The translations under genes and the position numbers were made by a program. A DNA stretch of 64,000 nucleotides from Octopus vulgaris (taxonomy: Eukaryota). The stretch covers positions 4,402,001-4,466,000 of the forward strand of contig OX597818.1 in NCBI GenBank assembly GCA_951406725.2. The letters run 5' to 3'. The notes under the pieces are model-generated. The model ran no database searches. It was not told the origin of the DNA and worked only from the letters and a program-made list of their open reading frames with translations. Positions 15,827-27,528 of the stretch are shown here, piece after piece; position 1 is the stretch's first letter, and the number at the start of each line of letters is the position of its first letter.

Positions 15827-17826
15827 TGACATGAAAGTTGAAAGCTTGTTTCAAAACTGGCATTTCCATTTCCAGCTGACTTTCTACTTTAATAAGTGTA
15901 TGCAATGATAGTTTAGAAACATAACTATTTTACATCTGCTTTCCATGCTGTCACTTGTTTGACACATCATATTTGGAGTTACTGCTCTCACTTCAAAGGT
16001 TAGGACCATGCCTCACTTGTACTTTACATTTCTAGTATGGTTTTTATGCCTGAATGCCCTTCCTATTGCCACTCACTTCACTGAGTGCATTTTATCATGG
16101 CAGCATCACTAAAGAAATTGTCATTCTACTGGCAAGAGTCCCCTCTCCTCTACTTTTCTCCACTAATTCATTCTTTTCTATCCTACACTGCTGTGTGAGA
16201 AGGGAATGAGAAAAAAAAGAGGTTAAAAGTAATGGAGAGAACAAGAAAGAGAGGTATGAGAGGGTAATAGAAGAATGAGTTACTGAGGAGAGAGAAGGAG
16301 ACATGATGGTTGTTATAATATGACATTGAATAAAAAACATAAGCAGGGGATTTTAAGAGTAGCTATTATGCATCTCTGCCAATGTATGTTTAACTCAGAA
16401 TTTGTTGAGGTGTCATGAAGATAGAGGATAGTGATGAGGAAGAGAGTGTTGATGGAAGATGTAGTATGAGAGGAGAGTGATGGATCACCATAAATATGTG
16501 TATTGAGAGAGATGGATAGCAATAAAACTGAGTGATGGTAAGAAAGTAATCATTGCCAATAACGTTATTTTCAGCAGAGCATGCTTATTTCTTTCCAGCC
16601 TTCATAATTCTACTCTCAAGGCTACTCTCCTGCTACCATGCAACATTGCACTTCTTACACAAGCTTACTCTTTACTAAGTAATTCTCTTGTAGTTACATC
16701 ACTGCATCTCATTTAGGTTATTTCTAGCTCCTAATCAGTTGTGCTGTAGCTTGTTTAGTATCTTTCATGACCTGGTCCATCAGTTTGATGTCACTCTATT
16801 TGCTTTTTCTTTATCATGCTTTAAACTATAAAGCCATCAGCTTAGATGGCTGATTCCTCTGTTGGAGTAGGCCCTCTATTTTTATTCACTATCTTCATTT
16901 AATATCTAATAGCAGCATTTTTTGACTAGTGACAAACATCTCCTCAATGGTATTTTGATTCTCTTTGCTATATTGCTTTGGTAAATAGCGATGCTGTTGA
17001 ATACACTTGACACTTAGTTTCTCTTTTAGTTAGTTGATTGTGTTCTTTGCTTTCTAGAACTATCTCTGTGATATGTATTATTTCATCACTATGTTAGCTT
17101 CTTTCTGGCTGGAGCTTTATACTAGCCACAGATATAGTCTGTATCTTACAGCAGACTGTCTTGTTGGAATTCCTTATTTCATCTATGAATGTCTTCATCT
17201 CCCTCCTGCTTTGAACTTCTCAGAATCACATGGTTAAGGTTTTTCATTGCATGTATGCTATCAGCTGGCATTCTGTATTACAGCTGCAAGTTGACCAATA
17301 TCTTGTGAGTGAAATAGATAGAGAAAAACTGAAGAAGTTTGTGTGTGTCAGTGTGTGTTTCACTCTTGATATGGTCTTTGTCAAAGATAAAGTGCATGAA
17401 TTGTTTTTCCTTTTAATATGTGATAGAATTCCTCAGTAGTCTTTCTGTCTCCCTCATTTCTTGTATAGTCTACCTAGCACCTACTGAATTTTCTTATTGA
17501 TTTACAGGCATTACTGATTCATATTATGCATGCATTTTATCTCATTAAGTTGTAATGATATAAAATGTAGAAATATTACCATTAAAAAATTTCTCGTCAT
17601 TAATAATCATAAAACTTGGTTGCAGAGAGTGATAGGGGTCCTTGTATTTTCCTTCCCCATTTCTTCCACCAGTGGCACCACTAATTAGCAGGATTCCTCT
17701 TGTCCTTTGAATGTGTACATTTTATTTATAAATTTAAATACATGCCTATTTGTGTGTGTGTTATATATATATAAATGAATAAATAAATAAATGGAGTTGA
17801 ATGAAGATGTTAATAAAATTCTTTTA

Positions 17827-17908
17827 CTTTCGACATATGTTTTGAAGACAACATGGTTTTATTCCAAAGGAATAAACAGTGTAAGATGCAATCTTCTCAT
17901 CAGGAAAG
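17827..17908 (-). ncRNA. Type I hammerhead ribozyme, inactivated copy
   Basis: Inverted twin of 18712-18793, but GAAA is mutated to AAAA (position 17843). Confidence 0.75.
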
Positions 17909-18711
17909 AAAGGGAGCCTCTCTCAACAACAAGACAATATAATAATTACAATGACTGCCTACATGATAAATAAAAGGTTAATAAGTGTTTAAAAAAAACC
18001 GTTAGTAGAATTGACATCAAAGTTAGATAGTAGGAAGAGAAGGGTTAAAGGAAAAATAGAGAGGGAGGGGTACGTTGATTAAAAGAATGTTCAAAGGCTT
18101 AGGAAAGGATTTCTCTATTGAAGTGAAGTGCACGTTAAACTAATTGTTCAAACTATGACTATCGAAATCATTTATATGAGTAAAATGTATGTTTCTGCCA
18201 GTGTTTACATTTGTACGATTTCTCGTACAAATGTGTGTTTACAAGGGGATCCTTAGAGAAGAGAATATGGAAGAGTTCAGAGTTGCAAATGTTACAAAAT
18301 CTCCTGCCCTTATCAAAAGGAAAGGATACAGACAGTATGAACCAATCTAACTTAAAATCTATATTGTTGTCTTTAAGACGCCAAACTAATTTACTTAGCC
18401 CTGTACTATGTCGTTTTTTGCTATCCCTAAATGATGAATAATGGTTTGAAATTCTCTTGGATAACTGGGAAGTGGATGCACCTATATAGAAGAAGACATC
18501 GGTACCGGAAGAAATTTTACACTGGTATATAGAATTCCTAATCTTAGAATTATTAGACAAAAATTTAATTCTGTTGGGGTTGTCCTCAGAGATCTAACTT
18601 TGATGTCAATTCTACTAACAGTTTTTTTTAAACACTTATTAACGTTTTGTTTATCATGTAGGCAGTTATTGTAATTATTATATTGTCTTGTTGTTGAGAG
18701 AGGCTCCCTTT

Positions 18712-18793
18712 CTTTCCTGATGAGAAGATTGCATCTTACACCGTTTATTCCTTTGGAATAAAACCATGTTGTCTTCGAAACATATGTCGAAAG
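18712..18793 (+). ncRNA. Minimal type I hammerhead ribozyme with intact core
   Basis: Stem I CTTTC/GAAAG; CTGATGA 18717-18723; stem II GAAGA...TCTTC; GAAA 18777-18780; palindromic stem III ACATATGT; GUC cleavage site ending at 18788. Confidence 0.85.
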
Positions 18794-19486
18794 TAAAGGA
18801 ATTTTATTAACATCTTCGTTCGACTCCATTTATTTATTTATTCATATATATAACACAAATTTCTGCACATGAACCTGGAGTTTCTACCTTTGAATAGGTC
18901 GCTTCAACCGTGTTTCTGACGTGAATTTGCTACTCTGGTATCGGTTCATCGAATTTTCCATGTTGATGGTAAACATAGGATAATTCATTCACCCATCGAA
19001 ATATATATATATATTTCCCCTAAAGTTTTTTGTTTTTTTTAAACAACTTTTGCTGTCTCTTAGTGCTGAGAAAAGGCAAGGAAATACTGCAAAATACAAC
19101 TTCAGGTTACAAGATTTAGCTCTTAGGGAAATTGTGAAGTCAATAGCTAAGATCAATGTATAGATAATTTTAATTTGAAAAAACTATAATCACAATACTT
19201 ACATGCAAACATACATGCAAGATATCAGGTGGAATATTTCACTGAATATCTGTGTATATTTTCTTGGATCGCAATGAATATCTATTCATCCATCCACTCA
19301 TTTATCTATCAGTGTGTTGTGCAATATATGGATTGATAAATTTGTGTGGTTATTAAAGAAAGCTCCCCTAGCAGTCTCAGCTAACAAACAGACCACATAG
19401 TATTTCCAATATAGAGGAATATAATGCAGAATTCCATGCAGCTGAAATTCAAGAGATCCAATTGATGAAATTATTTCATGAGGAGT

Positions 19487-19955
19487 ATATAAACAGTAAA
19501 AAGTGTGGAGGTATGAGAGGTAAATATGTTTAATCACTAGTCGTCCTTAGGATTACAGCCATTTCGCAGCCTTCTTCATGTTATAATAATTTCAGCATAT
19601 CATAAACTGTTTACATATTTGCACTAATATGTATGCTACACATTATACAAAACTATTTTATATTCATAAATCAATGTAGATAAAGAAAAGTAGCTCATTA
19701 GAACTGAATCACTGGTGTAACCATGATGTTGTTGTGATCTGATGAGCTAACTTTCTTTATCTGCATTGATTTATGAATATAAAATATTGTATAATGTGTA
19801 GCATGCATATTAGTGCAGACATGTAAGCATAATTTATTATATGCTGAAATTATTATTACATGGAGAAGGCTGTGAAATGGCTGTAATCCTAAGGATGACA
19901 AGTGGTTAAATATATTCACTGCTCATACCTCCTGACTTTTTATGGTTTTTATATA
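19487..19955. mobile_element. Non-coding palindromic Penelope-derived element with hammerheads
   Basis: About 215-bp diverged inverted arms (19487-19702 vs 19738-19955). Right arm has CTGATGA 19739-19745 ... GAAATGGCTGTA|ATC 19874-19888. Homologous to the PLE end at ~39665-39875. Confidence 0.7.
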
Positions 19956-21006
19956 TCAGACTGAATAAAAAGTAAGCAACATTTTGAAACATGAAATTCA
20001 TCACAATATATTTCAACAATGCAGAAATTTTATTCATCAAAGTAAATACCCTTACAATCAACACATTTTTGCCAACAAGTTACAAGTTTGTTTATTCCAG
20101 TAACATAAAAATCTGGAGTTCTGGAGCTGATGAACTCTTTGAACGCAGTGTCAGCATCCGTTTGATTTTTGAACTTCTTCTCTAGCAGGAAACTATCAAG
20201 GTGCTCAAAAAAGTGGTAGTTGTAAGGAGAAAGGTCTGAGGAATAAGCTGGGTGGGGAAGAACTTCTTAGCCAAATTCCCTCAACTTCTGGAGTGTCATT
20301 GGTGAAACATGTGGTCGAGCATTGTCATGAAAAATGATTGGCCCTCTTCTGTTGACCTGTCTGGGACAGAGGAGTAGACAGTTTTTCATTCATTTTGGCA
20401 ATTTCATGGCAATATGTTTCTGCACTAATGGGTTTTCCGGATTTTAAGAAGTTACAGTGGTTAAATCCAGCAGTACACCACCAAACAGTCACCATAACCT
20501 TCTTTTTGAAGAGCTTGGGTTTAGGAAAGGTTTTCCGGTTAACTTGAAATTCTTTTGCCAGTTCTTGAGTGGTTTTATGTGGATCTTTCTCAATGATGGT
20601 CTTTAATTGACTGTCATCAATGACAAATGGGCGTTCACTATGCTCATGATCTTCAAGGTTCAAGTCTCTACTGTGAAATCATTAAAACCACTTTTGAGCT
20701 AACCACTCACTGGTCATTTCTTTACCAAATGTTTCGTTGATATCGCAAACAGTTTCAGCTGCTTTACGTCCGTTTTTGAAGTTGAATAACAAAATTGCTT
20801 GAATATCATGCTTTGACAGTTCCGTTTCAGATGATTGTAATAACAGTGAAAAAAAATCAATGTTAATTTATTGATGCATTTGGGCAAGTCTATGTCTGTA
20901 TTATTGGGCAGTTTCAAGAAAATGTTTAAAAAATAATTCAAAACTGCAAAAATCTGGTACAAATTCTTCATGGTTCAAAACATTGCTTACTTTTTACACC
21001 CATTGT
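19956..21006 (-). mobile_element. Internally deleted mariner transposon
   Basis: TIRs TAAAAAGTAAGCAACATTTTGAAACATGAA / TTCATGGTTCAAAACATTGCTTACTTTTTA. ORF 20325-20663 has the HTH (IEKDPHKTTQELAKEF) fused to KKVMVTVWW. Confidence 0.85.
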
Positions 21007-21989
21007 TGCCAGGTAATATTCACAATAGAATGACTTGGTGAACTTTGGGAATAGCATACCCACATATGTTGAATTTTCTCCATTTTGCTGGTGATTTTTC
21101 AAATTTTCTTTTCACTGCACCCTTGCAAATGATGGGTAGGGAAACTTTTAATGAAAAGTTTTTTTGAAAATTTATGGATCCCCCTCCCCTGTTTCTGGGT
21201 TGATTTTGTCCACCTTTTTTGCTCTACGTTCTTGAAAACAATGAGAAATGCTTATTCAGTAAAAAACAAAAAATTAAAAAATTTATTTATGAATTTTTTT
21301 CACCCTGCCACACAGTACCAATTTTGGCCAATATTTATTTGCACTATGCACTTAGAATGATAGGAAAAGCCTTGAAGGTTTAAAAAAAAAAATTGGGGAA
21401 ATCAGTGATCATGGAATTGTAGATAAATCCAACAATGGTGCATGAGTAAGGAAGTATGGACTTCACATGAATGCAAAGAATGTGTGGGTGGGGAATGCAT
21501 TGATTGGTGAAACCTGAGTATATAAGAGGAAGTGGGGGACAAATCTCTCACTACCTTTCACCAATTTATATAAAATATATATAGAGATATATATATTTAC
21601 CCTTTGACACTGTGTATGTATTAATGCTCACACATTTTTGTTTTGTTTAAAACCTAGTCTTTTATCATAGCTGTTATGTACAAATCCTGTTTTCTGATTG
21701 GGTAAAAATAATCAAACTTCAAACCTCTCTAACTTTTTCTTAATTTCTTTTTAGAAATGAATGAATCACAAACTCAGATTCATTGTGAAAAAGTACATCA
21801 ATATATCAAATTTTCACTTAATTTTAAAATTTCAAAATCTATGACAGCAACAGAAAAGATCTCCCTCTTTCCTCCCTCTCTCTATTTGTCTATCGCTTTC
21901 ATTTTCTCATGGTAAACTTTCTTACTTTCCATAAAAGTATATCGCCCATGTTCAGTGTGTATGTGTTTGTCAGTGTGTGTGTATGTGTG

Positions 21990-22290
21990 TCATCATCATC
22001 ATCATCATTTAACATTCGTTTTCCATGCTGGCATGGGTTGGACGGTTTGACAGGAGCTGGATAGGCAGAAGACTGCACCAAGTTTCACTGTCTGTTTTGA
22101 CTTGGTTTTTATGGTTGGATGCCCTTCCTGACACCAACCACCTTACAGAGTGGACTGAGAGCTTTTTATGTGGCACCAACACCAGCAAAGTCTGTTTTGG
22201 CATGGTTTCTACAACTGGATGCCCTTCCAAACACCAACCACCAGGATACTTTTTATGTGGCACCAGCACTGACAGGATCACTAAGTAACT
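21990..22290 (-). mobile_element. 3'-UTR fragment or SINE of the RTE family seen at 25636-27528, with (GAT)n tail
   Basis: CATCATCAT TTAACATTCGTTTTCCATGCTGGCATGGGTTGGACGG matches the reverse complement of ~27475-27528. Confidence 0.75.
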
Positions 22291-22295
22291 TGCTA

Positions 22296-23483
22296 TGACC
22301 GTTGGATTTACTTACAGTTCCATTGTAAGTAAATACCTACAATTCAGGATGTCTAGAAAGAAACCATAAAATAGAATGAAAGTAGTTTAAAAATGAACCA
22401 TGAAAAAATTGTACTGGATACTAAACTTGATGTTTGAAAAAGTCTTCATACAGGTGAAAAAGCCAGCCACATTTCCAAAACAAAAGTTTGTAACATCAAC
22501 ACCTGGAATAATATGTGACAATAGGGAGAAAATTAAGTCAAGTGTTCAAAAACAATACTCTGTTAACTGTTCAGATCTTATTTTTTGTTTGGGTAGATGG
22601 TAAGGCTCAACACATGGTGTCAATAAACACATAGTAATTTTAAAAAATGCAAGAAGTTTGTATGAGTATTTTCAGAGAAAGTAAGGGGTAACTTCTAATA
22701 AAAACCTTTTCTGACTAGTAAAGACTGATTTGAAAGGTTGAAGAAGTGCTTGAATTTACACTACCTAAAATTAACTGGAGAAGCTGCCAGTGCTGAGACT
22801 GAAGCTGCTGCTAATTATTCCAAGCTGCTGAAAAAAAAAATGGTTACTGGAGAGGGCTACATACCAGAAGTTTACAATACTGATGAAACTGCACTTTTCT
22901 GGAAGTGCTTACCTGCTAGAACTTTTATTTCTCAAGAAGAAAAGTCAACATCAAGGTGTAAAGTTTCCAAGAATCATCAAGTTTCTAAGAGAAAATGTCT
23001 CTGGTGATATAAAATTCAAGTCCCCGACTCGTGTATCACTCCAAAAATTGAAGTGCAAAACTTGAATTTGCTTCTGATTTGGCATTCAAATAAGAAAGCA
23101 TAGATGACTAAGAATGATTTGCAAACATTTTTGTCTACTGTAGAAAGATACAGTGCCAATAAAATATTGCTCATTTTAGACAAGACATCAAACTACCTAG
23201 TGAACTTAAATGAGCTTTCTCCTAATTTGAGAGTAGAAGATATCCCTTAGAATACAACTTGTTTGTTCTAGCCAGTGGATCAAGGTGTAAAAGCTAACTT
23301 CAAGATGTATTATTCCCATAAGGTAGGGGATTTTTGTAGTTTCATATTCAGTTTGATAGAGATCTGGAAACAAAGGGCCTGGATTTTTGTTTGGACAGTT
23401 GCACAATGTCCAAACAAAAGTTCTAAAAACTTTTCTTTTAATTTTTTAGATCAGAGAGTAAGATTGAATTTGACTTATAACTG
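22296..23483 (+). mobile_element. Decayed pogo/Tigger transposon
   Basis: LTGEAASAE...YNTDETALFWKCLPARTF (ORF 22738-23007), LLILD (~23167) and QPVDQGVKANFK (~23270). Ends approximate. Confidence 0.8.
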
Positions 23484-24512
23484 AAGTCCTCTTTGTGCAT
23501 TTTAAAATCATTTTTATCATTAATAAAATAAAATAAAATAAAATGAAATGAAAATTACCCTTTCTCAAAAAATGAAACGCTGCAATACTTATACTCTTAT
23601 CATTGGTGACAGGAAAGGCATCTGGCAGTAGATAATATGCTTATAGAAATTCCATCTGACCCATGAATGCATGGAAAAATGGATATTAAATGATGTGGCT
23701 AGAACCTACAGTGGTGAAAGTTGCCTTTATGAGCCCAAGCCTGATGGATGAAATGGCACAAGACTGGGATTTCTGGCAATATGAGGTTCTCCAAAAGACT
23801 TGCCCTCCTCAGCAAAACTAAGTTTTGGGAGCACTATATTTTGGGTTCTCCACCTGTTACAGTGACTCCCTCCCCTCATGCATTATGTCTACCTCTTACC
23901 CCTGCTGCTTACTGTCCCTCACTCTCCTGCCGCTCCCTATCATCCCCAGCTCATGGCTCTTGACTCACCCTCCCTTCAAACTTAATCATTTTGGCAACCC
24001 CACTCCTCATTCATTTTCCCATAGACTTACAATCCACTTACCTACCCACTTCTACTTAGCTCGAGCCTTGTGGAGCTACATGAGCATCTTATTACATGCA
24101 CGCGCGCACACACACACACACACACAACTGGGTTTGTTACCTAGTTTCCTTCTCAAGCTTTCCCTACCACCCATCATTTCTCTAGCACTGATCCCTCTAT
24201 CACCTGAATTGCAGTATTTCTGCTGCTGTAATTGAGGGCTGAACTGCTAATTTCCTCAGTGTACAAGTGGACAGTGATGACAAATAGATTAAGAACTCTT
24301 GATGTAAATATTACTTGCCTTCATGGTTAATTTATAGTCTGCTCAAATACCTACATATGTGCAATTTATAATGATTCTATATAAATGAAGTAATGACTAT
24401 TTCACATTGATGCCAATAAAATAATATCAACATTATATTATTTAGAACTGTGCTTGAATGTGTTTTATTTTAACATTAATTTTCCTTATGTAATCTTTTT
24501 TATTACTTCCAG

Positions 24513-24535
24513 CAGAAAACATGGACACTAATTAG
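24513..24535 (+). CDS. RUVBL2: RUVBL2 terminal coding exon
   Basis: Polypyrimidine tract then TTCCAG|CAG AAAAC ATG GAC ACT AAT TAG. Phase 1 joins to give (A)ENMDTN*, resembling the vertebrate ...ETMDTS* end. Confidence 0.85.
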
Positions 24536-24660
24536 GTGTGAGGAAGAAGATAACGGAACACCTTGTATCAACACCTGAATGCATTGCCAACTTGGTGTGA
24601 AGCTTTATTTAGTACCATTAAGAACTATTCTATCTTCAATCATTCAAACAATTTTAAGTA

Positions 24661-24666
24661 AATAAA
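24661..24666 (+). promoter_or_regulatory. Candidate RUVBL2 polyadenylation signal
   Basis: First AATAAA after the stop codon (about 125 nt downstream), followed by a TG/T-rich stretch. Confidence 0.6.
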
Positions 24667-25635
24667 ATGAAATTTCAATTCAATCTGTGTAATCTTTTTC
24701 TACATTGTTATTCTAAAAAAGACATAGGTATGATTGATTGAGTGAGAAATTAGCACCTCTTCCTTGTTGATTTCTTTAACCCTTTCATTACTATATTTGT
24801 GACCAAAATATACCCCTCATGAGTTTCAATTAAATTCTAAAATAATCATGAATTCAGACTAGTTTCATTAAACAACTATAACTTTTTTACTTATCAACAT
24901 ATTGTGATATTTGGAACATAATTAAAGAAGGGGCTCTTAATTAATTCTATTGCATAACTTTTGTCTCAAAGTGACTCTAATTACAGGTAAATCCAGGTAA
25001 ACTGAGCAAAAGATAAAAATATTAAAGTTTTGTTTAAACATCACCATAGAAAATGGATCATCAGCTAATATTCAATTGGGTATGCAACAAAATTTTGATA
25101 AAGAAGAATTGTGCACATCACTAGATCATCAGTTGAATTTAATGCACAAAAGAACAGGTGTACCATAAAGGTGAAATAAACAGAAATACTGGAATCCCCC
25201 TAAATCCACTGCAAGTTTGACTGAACTAAAAAAAATCGGTCAAAAAACATACAGCCCTGGTTATGGTATGGAAGTGATAAATTCCAGACCACATCGTACC
25301 CTAGGTCATGCTGACTAAAAACTAAATCCACAGCAGTACCCAGTATTTGCTTCACAAATTTTCCAAACTTTGATCCCTCATTTCGTGGGCTTTCCTGGCA
25401 TATACTGTTTGCTTGCATTCTGTGTAACAGTTTGTTTCCGCAGTGATCACTTCAAACAACCATACTGAAAAAAATAAAAGTCTAACAGTTTCGCTTCCTA
25501 AGAAAGACTATGGATAGAAAAATTGCTAATAAAAACATTTTTAAAGTTTTTACTTCATTCCGATGTAAAATTGTCTTTGCTGTCACTATCGCTATTTCAG
25601 TTTCTTCAGAGTCACTGCTTTTGGTTTCGGATACA

Positions 25636-27528
25636 GAAATATCCCAGCCAAAGATAAGCCCCTGTACCTGGCTTTCGTTGACATGGAGAAAGCTTTCGAC
25701 AGGGTCCCCCGATCCCTTATCTGGTGGTCAATGAGGAAACTAGGGATAGATGAATGGTTAGTGAGAGCTGTGCAAGCCATGTACAGGGACGCTGCTAGTA
25801 AGGTGAGGGTTGGCAACGAGTACATTGAAGAATTCCGGGTAGAGGTAGGGGTCCACCAAGGCTCAGTCCTCAGCCTCCTCCTATTTATCATAGTCCTTCA
25901 GGCAATAACGGAGGAATTCAAGACAGGATGCCCTTGGGAGCTCCTCTACGCTGATGACCTTGGTCTAATTGCTGAGTCACTATTAGAACTGGAGGAGAAG
26001 TTTCAGGTGTGGAAGCAAGGATTAGAATCGAAGGGCCTTAGAGTCAACCTAGCTAAAACCAAAGTCCTAATAAGTAGGAAGGTAGACAAATCACAAACGC
26101 CTTCAGGTAGATGGCCCTGCTCGATCTGTAGAAAAGGTGTAGGTAGAAACTCTATAAGATGCACCAAGTGTAAGCTATGGACACATAAGAGGTGCAGCAA
26201 CGTCAAGGGAAGGCTAACTAGGAAAATAGTTTTTGTCTGTGGCAGATGCTCAGGAGCAATAAACACTGGAAATGTGCAGAGACCAACTTCTGCCACATTA
26301 CAGGGAGAAAATCTAGAAATAGTTGATAGCTTCCGTTGCCTAGGTGACCAAGTCAGTAGTGGGGGCGGGTGTGTTGAAAGTGTAACTGCTAGAGTAAGAA
26401 TAGCCTGGGCAAAGTTCAGAGAGCTCTTACCTCTGCTAGGGACAAAAGGCCTCTCGCTCAGAGTAAAAGGCAGACTGTATGACGCATGTGTACGAACAGC
26501 CATGCTACATGGCAGTGAAATATGGGCCGTGACTGCTGAGGATATGTGTAAGCTCGCAAAAATGAAGCCAGTATGCTCCGATGGATGTGTGATGTCAGTG
26601 TTCATACTCGACAGAGTGTAAGTACCTTGAAAGAAAAGTTGGACCTAAGAAGCATCAGTTGTGGTGTGCAAGAGAGATGTTTGCGCTGGTATGGTCATGT
26701 GGCGAGAATGGATGAAGATAGTTGTGTGAAAAAGTGCCACACCCTAGCGGTTGAGGAAAGCTGTGGAAGAGGTAGACCCAGGAAAACCTGGAATGAAGTG
26801 GTGAAACACGACCTTCGAACTTTAGGTCTCACCGAGGAAATGGCTAGAGACCGAGACCTTTGGAAGTATGCTGTGCATGAGAAGACCCGGCAGGACAAGT
26901 GAGACCATAACCCGTGACCTCAGTCCACTTATGCATACCTTTCCTTCTTGGGACACAAAACTCTACTTGTGAAGACCTGTTGAGGCAAGCGAAAATCAAA
27001 ATCAAAATTGATTAACATCAATGGAAATTGTAGCTGTGATACCAGTGCCAGTAGCATATAAGAGAACCATCCGAACGTGGCCGTTGCCAGTGCCAGTAGC
27101 ATATAAGAGAACCATCCGAACGTGGCCGTTGCCAGTGCCGCCCCGACTGCCCTCCGTGCTGGTGGCACGTAAAAAGCACCATCCGATCGTGGCCGTTGCC
27201 AGCCTCGCCTGGCCCCTGTGCTGGTGGCATGTAAAAAGCACCATCCGATCGTGGCCGTTTGCCAGCCTGGCCTGGCCCCTGTGCCGGTGGCACATAAAAA
27301 GCACCATCCGATCGTGGCCGTTTGCCAGCCTCGTCTGGCACCTGTGCCGGTGGCACGTAAAAAGCACCCACTACACTCACGGAGTGGTTGGCGTTAGGAA
27401 GGGCATCCAGCCGTAGAAACATTGCCAGATCAGACTGGGCCTGGTGTAGCCTTCTGGCTTCCCAGACCCCAGTTGAACCGTCCAACCCATGCCAGCATGG
27501 AAAGCGGACGCTAAACGATGATGATGAT
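25636..27528 (+). mobile_element. 5'-truncated RTE-clade LINE with a PHD-like finger in ORF2, tandemly repeated 3' UTR and (GAT)n tail
   Basis: AFVDMEKAFDRV, GVHQGSVLS, LYADD, LRWYGHVARM and RGRPRKTW (ORFs 25683-26621 and 26573-26902, one frameshift). Confidence 0.93.
27040..27370 (+). repeat. Minisatellite in the RTE 3' UTR (42-bp then ~62-bp units)
   Basis: Repeated AAAAGCACCATCCGATCGTGGCCGTT(T)GCCAGCC...GGTGGCAC units. Confidence 0.85.

Larger units (their letters stand above)
17762..19001 (-). mobile_element. Penelope-like element: GIY-YIG endonuclease remnant flanked by inverted pseudo-LTRs
   Basis: ORF 18168-18560 contains SIYQC...FYIGAST...KRISNHYSSFR...LSKLVWRLK...CNICNSE...KCKH. 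About 260-bp inverted repeat (~17770-18029 vs ~18591-18850). Each arm has a hammerhead; both ends abut (TA)n. Confidence 0.9.

Noticed and set aside
16100-17220. Old LINE-like fragments (also ~23700-24300, 43740-44320, 46900-47250, 55560-55770)
   Set aside because: Too decayed to assign boundaries or family reliably by eye.
18168-18560. Host gene or homing endonuclease (GIY-YIG)
   Set aside because: 5'-truncated and flanked by hammerhead-bearing inverted pseudo-LTRs, so it is a Penelope remnant.
27040-27370. CRISPR-like repeat array
   Set aside because: The sequences between repeats are themselves repeated, there are no cas genes, and it lies in a eukaryotic LINE 3' UTR.
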